Assembly: GCF_055900595.2 (NCBI RefSeq)
Contig: NZ_CM148325.1
Length of the DNA stretch: 64,000 nt
Direction: 5' to 3' (one strand)
The notes beneath the pieces were generated by a model. The model saw nothing but the letters and a program-made list of their open reading frames with translations, did not search any database and had not been told where the DNA came from. Positions 28,800 through 44,741 of this stretch are shown here, in pieces. Each line of letters starts with the position of its first letter. Position 1 is the first letter of the stretch. Both the position numbers and the translations under genes were made by a program.

Positions 28800-29824
28800 G
28801 AAATCGTCTCCACTGCGCTAACTTCACCTGATGCACCAATAAAGCGAACTTCTGGCTCAAGCCAGACATTAAATTTTTCACCCACTTTCTGTCTTACATG
28901 ATGTGCCAGCTGCACAATATCTTCGCTTTTTGCATTGCCTTCATTAATGAGAACTAACGCCTGTTGACGGTGTACCGCAGCCCCACCAATTTGTGTTCCT
29001 TTTAGCTGGCACTGATCGATAAGCCAACCAGCGGCCAGTTTTACTGAACCATCCGTCTGGGGATAATTTGGTGCTGTTGGAAATTGTGCCAGTAATGCTT
29101 TAGCCGTTTCGGCAGATACAACAGGGTTTTTGAAGAAACTACCGGCATTGCCATTCACTTTTGGATCAGGGAGTTTGGTGGTGCGCATATGACACACCGC
29201 ATCAAATACTTGCTGTGGCGTTACGGTTGTAGGATCCAGACGAGTTAAGTCACCATACGTTAGTACAGGTTGCCACTCTTTTGGCAGGCGCAGACCTACG
29301 GCTACAATGGCGAAGCGGTCCTGGTATTCATGTTTAAAAATACTGTCGCGATAGCCAAAACGGCACTCTTTGGCAGTTAAGCGCACTTGCTTGCCTGTCG
29401 CCAGTTCGACACAGTCAACATAAGCGCAAACTCGCTGTAATTCTACGCCATAAGCACCAATATTCTGGATAGGTGATGAGCCGACACAACCAGGAATTAA
29501 CGCCAGATTTTCCAGACCTGGCATACCTTCCTGCAAAGTGTATTTTACCAGGCGATGCCAGTTTTCTCCGGCTCCTACATGTAAATACCACGCATCAGGT
29601 TCATCATGAATTTCGATACCTTTGATCCGGTTGATGATCACCGTGCCGCGATAGTCTTCCAGAAAAAGTACATTACTTCCTTCACCCAGAATAAGAACGG
29701 GTTGCCCTTCTGCGGTTGCATGCTGCCAGGCATTGAGTAGTTGTTGTTCGTCTTCGGCACATACAATGTGCTGAGCATTATGATCAATGCCAAATGTGTT
29801 CCAGGGTTTTAAGGAGTGGTTCAT
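28796..29824 (-). CDS. murB: UDP-N-acetylenolpyruvoylglucosamine reductase MurB
   Basis: 342-aa [24 protein letters not shown]...; overlaps birA start by 4 nt. Confidence 0.95.
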   Translation of the reverse strand: MNHSLKPWNTFGIDHNAQHIVCAEDEQQLLNAWQHATAEGQPVLILGEGSNVLFLEDYRGTVIINRIKGIEIHDEPDAWYLHVGAGENWHRLVKYTLQEGMPGLENLALIPGCVGSSPIQNIGAYGVELQRVCAYVDCVELATGKQVRLTAKECRFGYRDSIFKHEYQDRFAIVAVGLRLPKEWQPVLTYGDLTRLDPTTVTPQQVFDAVCHMRTTKLPDPKVNGNAGSFFKNPVVSAETAKALLAQFPTAPNYPQTDGSVKLAAGWLIDQCQLKGTQIGGAAVHRQQALVLINEGNAKSEDIVQLAHHVRQKVGEKFNVWLEPEVRFIGASGEVSAVETIS

Positions 29825-29917
29825 AGCTGCTTTCCTGATGCAAAAACGAGGCTAGTTTACCGTATCTGTGGGGGGATGGCTTGTAGTTATGACGACAGGG
29901 AGAGTTTGTAGAAACGC

Positions 29918-29944
29918 AAAAAGGCCCAGTCTTCCGACTGGGCC
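29918..29944 (-). terminator. rRNA operon terminator (single hairpin)
   Basis: Minus strand GGCCCAGTC-GGAA-GACTGGGCC followed by TTTTTGCG, 14 nt after the 5S end. Confidence 0.8.
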
Positions 29945-29958
29945 TTCTGCTTAATTTG

Positions 29959-30078
29959 ATGCCTGGCAGTTCCCTACTCTCGCATGGGGAGACCCCACAC
30001 TACCATCGGCGCTACGGCGTTTCACTTCTGAGTTCGGCATGGGGTCAGGTGGGACCACCGCGCTAAGGCCGCCAGGCA
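29959..30078 (-). rRNA. rrfB: 5S ribosomal RNA
   Basis: 120-nt reverse complement TGCCTGGCGGCC...GGGAACTGCCAGGCAT. Confidence 0.95.
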
Positions 30079-30171
30079 AATTCTGTTTCATCAGACCGCT
30101 TCTGCGTTCTGATTTAATCTGTATCAGGCTGAAAATCTTCTCTCAATCCGCCAAAACATCTTCGGCGTTGT

Positions 30172-33076
<2,905 letters not shown>

Positions 33077-33269
33077 TCACAACCCGAAGATGTTTCTTTC
33101 GATTCATCATCGTGTTGCGAAAATTTGAGAGACTCACGAACAACTCTCGTTGTTCAGTGTTTCAATTTTCAGCTTGATCCAGATTTTTAAAGAGCAAATA
33201 TCTCAAACGTCACCCGAAGATGAGTTTTGAGATATTAAGGCAGGTGACTTTCACTCACAAACCAGCAAG

Positions 33270-33345
33270 TGGCGTCCCCTAGGGGATTCGAACCCCTGTT
33301 ACCGCCGTGAAAGGGCGGTGTCCTGGGCCTCTAGACGAAGGGGAC
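33270..33345 (-). tRNA. gltT: tRNA-Glu (anticodon UUC) in the 16S-23S spacer
   Basis: Reverse complement reads GTCCCCTTCGTCTAGAGGCCCAGGACACCGCCCTTTCACGGCGGTAACAGGGGTTCGAATCCCCTAGGGGACGCCA. Confidence 0.95.
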
Positions 33346-33430
33346 GTATCAGTCTGCTTCGCAAGACGCCTTGCTTTTCACTTTCTATCAGACAATCTGT
33401 GTGAGCACTGCAAAGAACAGTTCTTTAAGG

Positions 33431-34972
<1,542 letters not shown>

Positions 34973-35149
34973 AAAAGTTTGATGCTCAAAGAATTAAACT
35001 TCGTAATGAATTACGTGTTCACTCTTGAGACTTGGTATTCATTTTTCGTCTTGCGACGTTAAGAATCCGTATCTTCGAGTGCCCACACAGATTGTCTGAT
35101 AAATTGTTAAAGAGCAGTGCCGCTTCGCTTTTTCTCAGCGGCGCGGGGT

Positions 35150-35185
35150 GTGCATAATACGCTTTCCCGCTTCAGAGTCAAGCAT
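35150..35185 (-). promoter_or_regulatory. rrn promoter P2
   Basis: Minus strand TTGACT-N17-TATTAT (GCTTGACTCTGAAGCGGGAAAGCGTATTATGCACACC). Confidence 0.75.
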
Positions 35186-35261
35186 TTTTTTGCTTTTCTC
35201 TGTCGAGATTCTCAGGAGAATCTCGCTGACCCGGCGGCGTGTTTGCCGTTGTTCCGTGTCA

Positions 35262-35290
35262 GTGGTGGCGCATTATAGGGAGTTATTCCG
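35262..35290 (-). promoter_or_regulatory. rrn promoter P1
   Basis: Minus strand CTTGTCAGGCCGGAATAACTCCCTATAATGCGCCACCACTGAC (-35 TTGTCA, -10 TATAAT, GC-rich discriminator). Confidence 0.8.
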
Positions 35291-35344
35291 GCCTGACAAG
35301 AGGAAATTTAAAATAATTTTCCGACCGCGCAACATTCAACCAAA

Positions 35345-36202
35345 TCAGTCTAAAACTGCCAGTTTTTCGAGCGTTTCGAAGCCGTAGCGCTGTAAAACGG
35401 GCAATAATTGTTCAGCTTCTGGCGTCATTGCCATACAAAAGGCAATATTCGCATCGGCGGATTTTGCATCCGGGGCTTCATGTTCTAACAACCAGGCCGT
35501 TCGGCGAGCAATCGCTGCGCCAGAATCCACCAGCCGTGTTCCCTCTGGCAGCACTTGTAACAGTTCTTCTTGTAGTAGAGGGAAGTGGGTACACCCCAGA
35601 ACAACGGTATCTGGTGGCTCTTTCATTCTTAACCACGGGCGCAAGATACGCTTTAGTGCATCCAGAGAAACATCTTCGCCATGCAGCTTCGCTTCAGCCA
35701 ACTCAACCATCTCTGCCGAGCCCAGCATTTCTATCTGGCATTCATTAGCGAAACGCGCGATCAGCTCATGAGTATAAGAACGTTTAACTGTTCCGCGGGT
35801 TGCCAGTAATCCGACAATGCCATTTGCCGTCAGACGTGCAGCAGGTTTAATCGCCGGCACGACACCAACAACCGGGAAGTCGAACTTTTCGCGTAATGCA
35901 GGAAGTGAAACGGTACTGGCGGTGTTGCAAGCGACCACTGCCAGCGCAAGGGGATAGCGTTCTTGCACTGCGGTGACAATTGCCACCACTCGCTCAACAA
36001 TAAACTCTTCGCTTTTTTCGCCATAAGGGAAAGCGACGTTATCGAAAGCATAAATGTAATGGAGATCCGGCAAGAGATGCCGGATCTCGTCATAGACCGA
36101 CAACCCACCGACGCCGGAGTCAAACACCAGCACGGTGGGACGTGGTTCAGAAGGTGTAGCTGCCAGACAAGGTGTATTCCCGTCCTGCAGTTTGGTAGCC
36201 AT
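35345..36202 (-). CDS. murI: Glutamate racemase MurI
   Basis: Start at [40 protein letters not shown] (285 aa); ORF track begins 4 codons upstream. Confidence 0.92.
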   Translation of the reverse strand: MATKLQDGNTPCLAATPSEPRPTVLVFDSGVGGLSVYDEIRHLLPDLHYIYAFDNVAFPYGEKSEEFIVERVVAIVTAVQERYPLALAVVACNTASTVSLPALREKFDFPVVGVVPAIKPAARLTANGIVGLLATRGTVKRSYTHELIARFANECQIEMLGSAEMVELAEAKLHGEDVSLDALKRILRPWLRMKEPPDTVVLGCTHFPLLQEELLQVLPEGTRLVDSGAAIARRTAWLLEHEAPDAKSADANIAFCMAMTPEAEQLLPVLQRYGFETLEKLAVLD

Positions 36203-37991
36203 AGACTGTCTCATAATCTTTGTCGAACAGGTTGGCTATTTTACCACGAACTGTCAGGTGAGAGGTGACCGGATACGCAACCGCAAGATCCCACAAGCTC
36301 ACACCGCCCATTTTCACGGTTTGATACGGCCAGGAGGAGTAATCCTTATCATAGCGAGTGCCTAAATACTGATAAGTAATACCCCAGTCGAAGTCATACA
36401 ACTGCCAGTCGAGCTGGTATTTCACCTGCTGTTTAGCACGGCGTAACAACGGCGTGTCGGTAATTGCATTGCGCGCATCGACATAATCATAACTCACAGT
36501 ATGCGTCAGTGGTCCGGTATCAAAATTGGCGGTCGCCTCGACGCCCTTAATTCGCGCTTTCCCTTCGTTATAGTATTTCAGGGTGTGATCATCGTAATCG
36601 ATCAAGTCACTGACATCGTTACGATATCCAGAAATACGCCAGTTCACCCCAGCGGTTAAGCCTTCAAACGCGCCTTCCCACTGTTTGCTTTTCTCAGGTT
36701 CCAGATTTGGATTTCCGTAGAAGCCATACAGTTGTCCAAGATTTGGTGCCTTATAAGATGTCCCGTAGGAAGCAATGAAGCGATAGCCTTCGATGAATTC
36801 CCAACCAGCGCTGGTTTGCCAGGTTCCATGACGACCAAACTGTGAGTTATCGTCGCTGCGTGCTGCGCCTTCAAAGGTAAAATCGCCGACTTGTTGCAGC
36901 CCGGTCAGATAGATGCCGGTATTACGTTGATCATATCCATCCTCAACGTAACCTGTACCCGGCGTCGTAGTCTGTTTCTGCCAGTCGACACCCGCACCAA
37001 TACTACCGTGACCAACGATGACATTGTTTGCCCACTGGACGGTGTATTGCTTCATCTCATCAAGCGTCGCCGACGAATCATAACGACCATAATGCGGATC
37101 GTAGTTGTAATCTTTGCTATGGCTATAGCTGGTAATGAGTTGTGATTTAATCAGTTCGCCGTTATAGCGCAGCCCGGCGTCCCAACTTTGGCTATAGAGT
37201 TTACGGGTATCGAGCAACGGTGAGCCGGGAGAATAATATGCGTCATAATTGGTATGGTTATCATAGCCATAGCCGCGCACAAAACCGCTCCAGACATCAG
37301 TAAAGTTATGCTCCAGCGCGCCATAAAGCGTTTTACTTAAAAAACCATCGTTATCTGGCTGAGCTTGCGTTCCGGTATTACCATAGGCGACAACATCATA
37401 ACCATGAGTATGGGCATAATCGCCCAACAGCGTTACCCGTGTCTTATCTCCCAGTAGTTGCTGTGTAGAAACATCATAGTTCTGATAGCTATTGCTTCCC
37501 CACCCTGCTGAAATTTCCGTTCCGGGTTGATCGCGCGTCGTGATGATATTCACGACCCCACCTATTGCATCGGAACCATAAACAGCGGAGCGCGGCCCAC
37601 GGATATATTCAACACGCTGGACAAGCGCAATAGGGAACTGGCTAAGGTCGGCAGAACCACTCACCCCCGCCAGATTCAGGCGTACGCCATCAATTAACAC
37701 CAACACATGACTGGCATTTGTACCGCGAATAAAAATAGAAGAGAGTTGACCTGAACCGCCGTTTTGGGTGATATCGACACCCGGAAGACGGCGCAGCACA
37801 TCATTGACCGAGGTCGACTGCCAGCGGTCGATATCCTGACGCGTCACAACGGTGGTTGGTGCAAGCACAGTGCTGCGCGGCTGTTCAAAACGGTTAGCCG
37901 TAACGACGAGAGTATCCGGGCTGGTATCCTGTGCCCAAGCAGAAAATGCCGTGACGGAACACGCCGTCAGCAGCGAAGCTTTTTTAATCAT
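36147..37991 (-). CDS. btuB: TonB-dependent vitamin B12 outer-membrane transporter BtuB
   Basis: Start at [35 protein letters not shown] (614 aa, TonB box DTLVVTA); 3' end overlaps murI start. Confidence 0.95.
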   Translation of the reverse strand: MIKKASLLTACSVTAFSAWAQDTSPDTLVVTANRFEQPRSTVLAPTTVVTRQDIDRWQSTSVNDVLRRLPGVDITQNGGSGQLSSIFIRGTNASHVLVLIDGVRLNLAGVSGSADLSQFPIALVQRVEYIRGPRSAVYGSDAIGGVVNIITTRDQPGTEISAGWGSNSYQNYDVSTQQLLGDKTRVTLLGDYAHTHGYDVVAYGNTGTQAQPDNDGFLSKTLYGALEHNFTDVWSGFVRGYGYDNHTNYDAYYSPGSPLLDTRKLYSQSWDAGLRYNGELIKSQLITSYSHSKDYNYDPHYGRYDSSATLDEMKQYTVQWANNVIVGHGSIGAGVDWQKQTTTPGTGYVEDGYDQRNTGIYLTGLQQVGDFTFEGAARSDDNSQFGRHGTWQTSAGWEFIEGYRFIASYGTSYKAPNLGQLYGFYGNPNLEPEKSKQWEGAFEGLTAGVNWRISGYRNDVSDLIDYDDHTLKYYNEGKARIKGVEATANFDTGPLTHTVSYDYVDARNAITDTPLLRRAKQQVKYQLDWQLYDFDWGITYQYLGTRYDKDYSSWPYQTVKMGGVSLWDLAVAYPVTSHLTVRGKIANLFDKDYETVYGYQTAGREYTLSGSYTF

Positions 37992-38232
37992 TGTAAAGCA
38001 TCCACAATAGAAGAAGGATGCCGCAGGCTTCATCAATATTACGCGATGATGAGAACCAGATGCGACGTTAGCCGGCAGGTCTTCGGGCTTGGAGGGGTAT
38101 ATAAAATACTAAGAGATGATGACTTCCCACCGGATGGCAGTGTCCGCATAACGCAATCATCGCACCTTTCCTTACCGCTGCGCGTCAGCTCCAGATTTGC
38201 ACTGGATTCCCTATTAACTCACAGGACCGGCG
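37992..38232 (-). promoter_or_regulatory. Cobalamin (AdoCbl) riboswitch in btuB leader
   Basis: Minus strand GCCGGTCCTGTGAGTTAATAGGGAATCCAGTGCAAATCTGGAGCTGACGCGCAGCGGTAAGGAAAGGTGCG..., the long btuB 5' UTR. Confidence 0.85.
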
Positions 38233-38359
38233 AGTGGATGCTACAGGTTGTAACAAGTTGCTGTCCAGACGTAGCTCACAAATAGAAATACATCAAGATC
38301 TGGACATCTGATGAGCAATCCCTACAATCGCCGCGTACATTTCATTTTCAGGATACATC

Positions 38360-39460
38360 ATGACCCCCGAACACCTTCCAACAGAACAGTATGAAGCGCA
38401 GTTAGCCGAAAAAGTGGTACGTTTGCAAAGTATGATGGCGCCGTTTTCTGACCTGGTTCCGGAAGTGTTTCGCTCGCCGGTCAGTCATTACCGGATGCGT
38501 GCGGAGTTCCGCATCTGGCACGATGGCGATGACCTGTACCACATCATTTTCGATCAACAAACCAAAAGCCGTATCCGCGTGGATAGCTTCCCCGCCGCCA
38601 GTGAACTTATCAACCAGTTGATGACGGCGATGATTGCGGGTGTGCGTAATAATCCCGTTCTGCGCCACAAGCTATTCCAGATTGATTACCTCACTACGCT
38701 GAGTAATCAGGCGGTGGTTTCCCTGCTGTACCATAAAAAGCTGGATGACGAATGGCGTCAACAGGCGGAAGCTCTGCGCGATGCGTTGCGCGCACAAAAT
38801 TTAAATGTGCATCTGATTGGTCGGGCAACGAAAACCAAAATCGCGCTGGATCAAGATTACATCGACGAACGTCTGCCGGTCGCAGGGAAAGAGATGATCT
38901 ACCGTCAGGTAGAAAACAGCTTTACCCAGCCGAACGCGGCGATGAATATTCAGATGCTGGAATGGGCGCTGGACGTCACCAAAGGCTCAAAAGGCGATTT
39001 ACTGGAGCTGTACTGCGGCAACGGTAACTTCTCATTAGCCCTGGCGCGCAATTTTGATCGGGTATTAGCCACCGAAATCGCCAAGCCGTCGGTCGCTGCC
39101 GCGCAATACAACATTGCCGCTAACCATATTGATAACGTCCAAATTATTCGTATGGCGGCAGAAGAATTTACTCAGGCGATGAATGGTGTGCGCGAGTTTA
39201 ATCGCCTGCAAGGGATCGACTTGAAGAGTTATCAGTGCGAAACCATTTTTGTCGACCCACCGCGCAGCGGTCTGGACAGTGAAACCGAGAAAATGGTGCA
39301 GGCGTATCCACGTATTCTGTATATCTCCTGCAACCCGGAAACATTATGTAAGAATCTGGAAACATTAAGCCAGACGCACAAGGTTGAACGTCTGGCTCTG
39401 TTTGATCAGTTCCCCTATACGCACCATATGGAGTGCGGCGTATTACTGACCGCTAAGTAA
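38360..39460 (+). CDS. trmA: tRNA (uracil54-C5)-methyltransferase TrmA
   Basis: 366-aa [32 protein letters not shown]... Confidence 0.94.
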   Translation: MTPEHLPTEQYEAQLAEKVVRLQSMMAPFSDLVPEVFRSPVSHYRMRAEFRIWHDGDDLYHIIFDQQTKSRIRVDSFPAASELINQLMTAMIAGVRNNPVLRHKLFQIDYLTTLSNQAVVSLLYHKKLDDEWRQQAEALRDALRAQNLNVHLIGRATKTKIALDQDYIDERLPVAGKEMIYRQVENSFTQPNAAMNIQMLEWALDVTKGSKGDLLELYCGNGNFSLALARNFDRVLATEIAKPSVAAAQYNIAANHIDNVQIIRMAAEEFTQAMNGVREFNRLQGIDLKSYQCETIFVDPPRSGLDSETEKMVQAYPRILYISCNPETLCKNLETLSQTHKVERLALFDQFPYTHHMECGVLLTAK

Positions 39461-39467
39461 AGCCCAT

Positions 39468-39489
39468 GCCGGATGCGCTAGCATCCGGC
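39468..39489. terminator. Hairpin between convergent trmA and yijD
   Basis: Perfect palindrome GCCGGATGC-GCTA-GCATCCGGC. Confidence 0.6.
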
Positions 39490-39498
39490 ATGAACCGA

Positions 39499-39858
39499 TT
39501 ACTCAGCAACTTCCTGCTTACGGTTACGCATCTTCGCGCCAATCCAGAACACCATAATGACGGACAGTACGGCCGGGAAGAAGTTAGAACCTATATCCGG
39601 ATATTCCGCACGAACCACAGTGCTATACAGCAGAACGCCGAGAATAAAACAGGCAGCTGCCAGACCCGGCAAGCCTACCGGCATAGTGCGATTAAGATAA
39701 CGTTGATGCAGGCAGTAAACCGTCAGCACCAGGGAAATAATCGGGAATACAGAAAATGGCACAATGGAGCTAAACAGCGCTGCGAAAGTACCATTAATCG
39801 ATAAGCCAGCCACCAGCGCCAGCAGCAGCGTACCTCTATCTTGATTTGCTTGTTTCAT
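39499..39858 (-). CDS. yijD: Inner-membrane protein YijD
   Basis: 119-aa hydrophobic ORF; start overlaps fabR stop. Confidence 0.88.
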
Positions 39859-40562
39859 TACTCGTCCTTCACATTTCCCGGAATAATTGCGGTTTTCTCT
39901 TGTTCACGGCGATACCAGTAATAAGCCCCTTTCGAAATCATTCGCAGTTGCAGTACCAGTCGCTCTTCTAATTGCCGACGTTGTTCGACGCCGACGTCCA
40001 ACGCCTCGGCACCCGCACTGAAGACAATCGTCACCATGGCTTCGGCTTGCGCTTCAGTAAACGCACGCGGCATATGGTTTTCGAGTTCCAGATAGTCCGC
40101 AAGTTCCGCAATGAAGTGCTGAATTTCACGCGCAACGGCGGCACGAAACGCAGCGGAGGTGCCGGAGCGTTCCCGCAATAATAACCGGAAGGCGTTAGGA
40201 TTATTACCGATGAACTCCATAAATGTGGAGACCGAGGTGCGGATCACACTCCCGCCTTTGGCGATACGCTGACGCGCCTGGCGCATGAGTTGGCGCAGCA
40301 TTAAACCGCTCTCATCAACCATGGTCAGACCGAGTTCGTCTACGTCGCGAAAATGCCGGTAAAAAGAGGTGGGAGCAATGCCCGCTTCACGCGCCACTTC
40401 ACGCAAACTCAGGCTGGCGAAGCTGCGTTCAGCACTTAATTGGCTAAATGCGGCTTCCACCAACGAACGGCGGGTTTTTTCTTTTTGTTGCGCTCTTACG
40501 CCCATCACGATGTCTGAATCCTTGCCAAAAGTACTGCTGGCACTATACCAGAGAATGAACAT
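39858..40562 (-). CDS. fabR: TetR-family repressor of unsaturated fatty-acid synthesis FabR
   Basis: TetR HTH ([21 protein letters not shown]); start taken at MFILWY... (234 aa), alternative upstream ATG at 40601. Confidence 0.88.
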
Positions 40563-40839
40563 ACTGGATTGCTCCAGTGTTGTGAATGAACCGTAACGCA
40601 ATAAAACATATTTACTGCAATTCTTTGGCTGGTTCTTTTACGAACAACGGAAACCTGCCACTTAAACGGTGAGTACTGGCGATAAAAATCCAATAAAACG
40701 TTCAAGGCAAAAGTAAGAAACAGACAAAGCAAAGGCCGCTCACGATATAGCCAGATAAATGACGGGGATCAATTGGCTTACCCGCGATAAAATGTTACCA
40801 TTCTGTTGCTTTTATGTATAAGAACAGGTAAGCCCTACC

Positions 40840-42240
40840 ATGCCACATTCCTACGATTACGATGCCATAGTAATAGGTTCCGGCCCCGGCGGCGAAGGCG
40901 CTGCAATGGGCCTGGTTAAGCAAGGTGCGCGCGTCGCAGTTATCGAGCGTTATCAAAATGTTGGCGGCGGTTGCACCCACTGGGGCACCATCCCGTCGAA
41001 AGCTCTCCGTCACGCCGTCAGCCGCATTATAGAATTCAATCAAAACCCACTTTACAGCGACCATTCCCGACTGCTCCGCTCTTCTTTTGCCGATATCCTT
41101 AACCATGCCGATAACGTGATTAATCAACAAACGCGCATGCGTCAGGGATTTTACGAACGTAATCACTGTGAAATATTGCAGGGGAACGCTCGCTTTGTTG
41201 ACGAGCATACGTTGGCGCTGGATTGCCCGGACGGCAGCGTCGAAACACTAACTGCTGAAAAATTTGTTATTGCCTGCGGTTCTCGTCCATATCATCCAAC
41301 AGATGTTGATTTCACCCATCCACGCATTTATGACAGCGACTCAATTCTTAGCATGCACCACGAACCGCGCCATGTACTTATTTACGGTGCTGGAGTGATC
41401 GGCTGTGAATATGCGTCGATCTTCCGCGGTATGGATGTAAAAGTGGATCTGATCAACACCCGCGATCGTCTGCTGGCGTTTCTCGATCAAGAGATGTCAG
41501 ATTCTCTCTCCTATCACTTCTGGAACAGTGGCGTAGTGATTCGTCACAACGAAGAGTACGAGAAGATCGAAGGCTGTGACGACGGTGTGATCATGCATCT
41601 GAAGTCGGGTAAAAAACTGAAAGCTGACTGTCTGCTCTATGCCAACGGTCGCACCGGTAATACCGATTCGCTGGCGTTACAGAACATTGGGCTGGAAACT
41701 GACAGTCGCGGACAGCTGAAGGTCAACAGCATGTATCAGACCGCGCAGCCGCACGTTTACGCGGTGGGCGACGTGATTGGTTATCCGAGCCTGGCGTCGG
41801 CAGCCTATGACCAGGGGCGTATTGCCGCACAGGCGCTGGTGAAAGGTGAAGCCACCGCACATCTGATTGAAGATATCCCTACCGGTATTTACACCATCCC
41901 GGAAATCAGCTCTGTGGGCAAAACCGAACAGCAGCTGACCGCGATGAAAGTGCCATATGAAGTGGGCCGCGCCCAGTTCAAACATCTGGCACGCGCACAA
42001 ATCGTCGGCATGAACGTGGGCACGCTGAAAATTTTGTTCCATCGGGAAACAAAAGAGATTCTGGGCATTCACTGCTTTGGCGAGCGCGCTGCCGAAATTA
42101 TTCATATCGGTCAGGCGATTATGGAACAGAAAGGTGGCGGCAACACTATTGAGTACTTCGTCAACACCACCTTTAACTACCCGACGATGGCGGAAGCCTA
42201 TCGGGTAGCCGCGTTAAACGGTTTAAACCGCCTGTTTTAA
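40840..42240 (+). CDS. sthA: Soluble pyridine nucleotide transhydrogenase SthA (UdhA)
   Basis: 466-aa [41 protein letters not shown]... with FAD/NAD Rossmann motifs. Confidence 0.95.
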
Positions 42241-43140
42241 CACTTTATCGAAATGGCCATCCATTCTTGCGCGGATGGCCTCTGCCAGCTGCTCATAGCG
42301 GCTGCGCAGCGGTGAGCCCGGACGATAAACCAGGCCAATAGTGCGGCGTGGTTCCGGCTTAATACACGGCAAATAAACAACCCCATCGCGTTTACGCTCC
42401 GGCGGCACAGCCAGCGCAGGCAGTAAAGTGATCCCGCTACCTGCCGCCACCATGTTGCGCAGAGTTTCCAGGCTGGTCGCGCGGAAGTGTGTATCTTCAT
42501 CCGCCCCGGCTTCAAAGCAGAAACCCATTGCCTGATCGCGCAAACAGTGACCATCTTCCAGCATCAGCAGTTTTTCCCCTGCCAGATCGGCCATTGGTAC
42601 GCATTCGCGGTTCGCCCACGGGTGATCTTCATAGATAGCCAGCAACATTGGCTCATCAAACAACGGCACTTCAATGAATGCTTCGCTCTCTTTCACCAGC
42701 GCGAGGATCACGCAATCGAGTTTGCCGCTGTCCAGTTGCGCCAGTAACTGGTGGGTCTGTGCTTCATGCAGATACATTTCCAGCTTTGGAAAGGTCTGGT
42801 GCAGCATCGGGATAATATGCGGTAACAGGTAAGGCCCAACCGTGGGAATCAAACCAATATGCAGCGGCCCGGACATTGTCTCGCCCTGCTGGCTTGCCAT
42901 CTCTTTAAGGACTTTCACCTCACGCAGCACGGTACGCGCCTGATCCACCAGCAGCATTCCCGCCTGGGTGAATAACACTTTACGGCTGGTCCGCTCCAGC
43001 AACATCACGCCCAGCTCATCTTCCAGCTTACGAATTTGCCCGCTAAGCGTCGGCTGGCTAACGTGGCAGGAATCTGCCGCACGCCGAAAATGACGGTGTT
43101 CAGCCAATGCCACCAGGTACTCAAGATCACGAATATTCAT
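42223..43140 (-). CDS. oxyR: LysR-family oxidative-stress regulator OxyR
   Basis: Start at [44 protein letters not shown] (305 aa); redox Cys pair (HCLRDQ, HFRATS region). Confidence 0.96.
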   Translation of the reverse strand: MNIRDLEYLVALAEHRHFRRAADSCHVSQPTLSGQIRKLEDELGVMLLERTSRKVLFTQAGMLLVDQARTVLREVKVLKEMASQQGETMSGPLHIGLIPTVGPYLLPHIIPMLHQTFPKLEMYLHEAQTHQLLAQLDSGKLDCVILALVKESEAFIEVPLFDEPMLLAIYEDHPWANRECVPMADLAGEKLLMLEDGHCLRDQAMGFCFEAGADEDTHFRATSLETLRNMVAAGSGITLLPALAVPPERKRDGVVYLPCIKPEPRRTIGLVYRPGSPLRSRYEQLAEAIRARMDGHFDKVLKQAV

Positions 43141-43235
43141 TATCCATCCTCCATCGCCACGATAGTTCATGGCGATAGGTAGAATAGCAATGAACGATTA
43201 TCCCTATCAAGCATTCTGACTGATAATTGCTCACA

Positions 43236-43347
43236 GAAACGGAGCGGCACCTCTTTTAACCCTTGAAGTCACTGCCCGTTTCGAGAGTTTCTCAACTCGA
43301 ATAACTAAAGCCAACGTGAACTTTTGCGGATCTCCAGGATCCGCTTT
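43236..43347 (+). ncRNA. oxyS: OxyS small regulatory RNA
   Basis: GAAACGGAGCGGCACCTCTTTTAACCCTTGAAGTCACTGCCCGTTTCGAGAGTTTCTCAACTCGAATAACTAAAGCCAACGTGAACTTTTGCGGATCTCCAGGATCCGCTTTTTTTT, divergent from oxyR and ending in a terminator hairpin plus U-run. Confidence 0.93.
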
Positions 43348-43391
43348 TTTTTATTCTACAGGCCCACAGCAAGAGAGCCTGATAGTAACAG

Positions 43392-44675
43392 TTACTCAAT
43401 CCGATCTTTGACAATAAAGAAGTAACACAGCGCCCCGGTGAACGTCACACAGGCCGCGATAACCAGCGCCAGATTAAACGAGTGCGTGGTATCCACTACC
43501 CAACCGGTTACGATCGGAGCAAAGGAAGCAAAAACAAAACTGCCAAAGTTTTGAATCCCGGCGATGGAAGCCACTTTTGTTTCTGACACCATCACCTGCA
43601 CCAGTCCCCATGCAGATGTTCCCGCGAAATGCACGCAGAACAGCGCCATTGAGATAAACGCTACAGCCTGGGCTGGCGAGGAGGATTGCACGACCAGCAA
43701 CGTGCCTAATGCCGACATCATCAAACCGCAGACAATAGCCGTTTTACGCGTCTTCGCCAGGTCGTAGCCTTTTTTCGCCAGCCGATCGACAACAATACCG
43801 TTAACCCACATCCCGACCGCCGCCGCGAGGAAAGGAATCGCCGCCACCCAACCGGTTTTCGCCAGACTGAAGCCTTGCTCGGCTTGTAAATAACCGGGTA
43901 ACCACGCGATGTAGAGCCAACCGGTATAATTGACGCCAGAGAAACCTAAAATCATCCCCCAGGTTGTCCGATGCTTAAACAGCGCCAGCCACTCGCTAAA
44001 TTGTAATTGTGGACGCGGTTTAACCGGCGCGGAGAGATAGGTCCGTTCTTCGTCGGTCAGGACAAACTGCGCCCGGTTGCGATACCACGCGTACCAACAG
44101 ATCCCAACCAGAATCCCCGCCACGCCGATGATGACGAACATTGCCCGCCAGCCCCATGCCAGCTGCATCAATACAAGAGCAGGAGGCGCAATAGCCTGAC
44201 CGATAACGGTAGATGAGTTAAAAATCCCCAGCGCCGTGCCGCGTTCTTTTTGCGCATACCAGTCGGTGATCGACTTTACTCCCGCAGGCATAAATGGCGC
44301 TTCGCCAATACCCAGACCGATACGCATTAAAATAAAGTGGCTAAAAGAATTAACCATTCCTGTTAATGCCTGCATTAATGACCAGAATATTAAGCCTGCA
44401 CCTAAAACTATTCGTGGGCCAAAGCGGTCTAGCAAAATACCGGAAGGGAGTTGTGAAAAACCATAAGACAGAGAAAATGCAGAAAGCAAAACGCCAAATT
44501 CTGTCGCCGATAATCCTAACTCGCCACGAATCGCTTCGCCTGCCACGCTCAATGACGAACGGTCGAGGAAATTAACGATCCCCGCCATAAATAATAAAAC
44601 CAGCGTTACTGTCTGAATACGACGAATCCGTTGCGGTTTATTACCCGCAACACTGGTTGACACATCAACGTCCAT
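43392..44675 (-). CDS. MFS transporter, anion:cation symporter (ACS) family; predicted sugar-acid (aldonate/hexuronate-type) permease
   Basis: 427-aa ORF with 12 predicted TM segments and MFS motifs (DRFGPR; DgoT/ExuT-like); accessory relative to K-12 gene order. Confidence 0.8.
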   Translation of the reverse strand: MDVDVSTSVAGNKPQRIRRIQTVTLVLLFMAGIVNFLDRSSLSVAGEAIRGELGLSATEFGVLLSAFSLSYGFSQLPSGILLDRFGPRIVLGAGLIFWSLMQALTGMVNSFSHFILMRIGLGIGEAPFMPAGVKSITDWYAQKERGTALGIFNSSTVIGQAIAPPALVLMQLAWGWRAMFVIIGVAGILVGICWYAWYRNRAQFVLTDEERTYLSAPVKPRPQLQFSEWLALFKHRTTWGMILGFSGVNYTGWLYIAWLPGYLQAEQGFSLAKTGWVAAIPFLAAAVGMWVNGIVVDRLAKKGYDLAKTRKTAIVCGLMMSALGTLLVVQSSSPAQAVAFISMALFCVHFAGTSAWGLVQVMVSETKVASIAGIQNFGSFVFASFAPIVTGWVVDTTHSFNLALVIAACVTFTGALCYFFIVKDRIE

Positions 44676-44741
44676 TTTTAGCTCCTTGAGCGGAATTAAT
44701 CGATTTGCTGACTATTCAGAAAATAATTAAGCGAACCGTTA

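Noticed and set aside
30061-30078. 5S rRNA 5'-proximal sequence differing from the copy I recalled (reverse complement reads GCGGCCTTAGCGCGG)
   Set aside because: rrn operons show micro-heterogeneity, and my memory of the exact reference sequence is not reliable enough to call a variant.
36147-36202. Overlap of the btuB 3' end with the murI start
   Set aside because: A genuine overlap of the two reading frames, which I recall as the native arrangement at this locus; not an anomaly.
42223-42240. 18-bp convergent overlap of sthA and oxyR stop regions
   Set aside because: Both ORFs are full length with intact C-termini; a tail-to-tail overlap is compatible with the native arrangement and does not indicate a frameshift.
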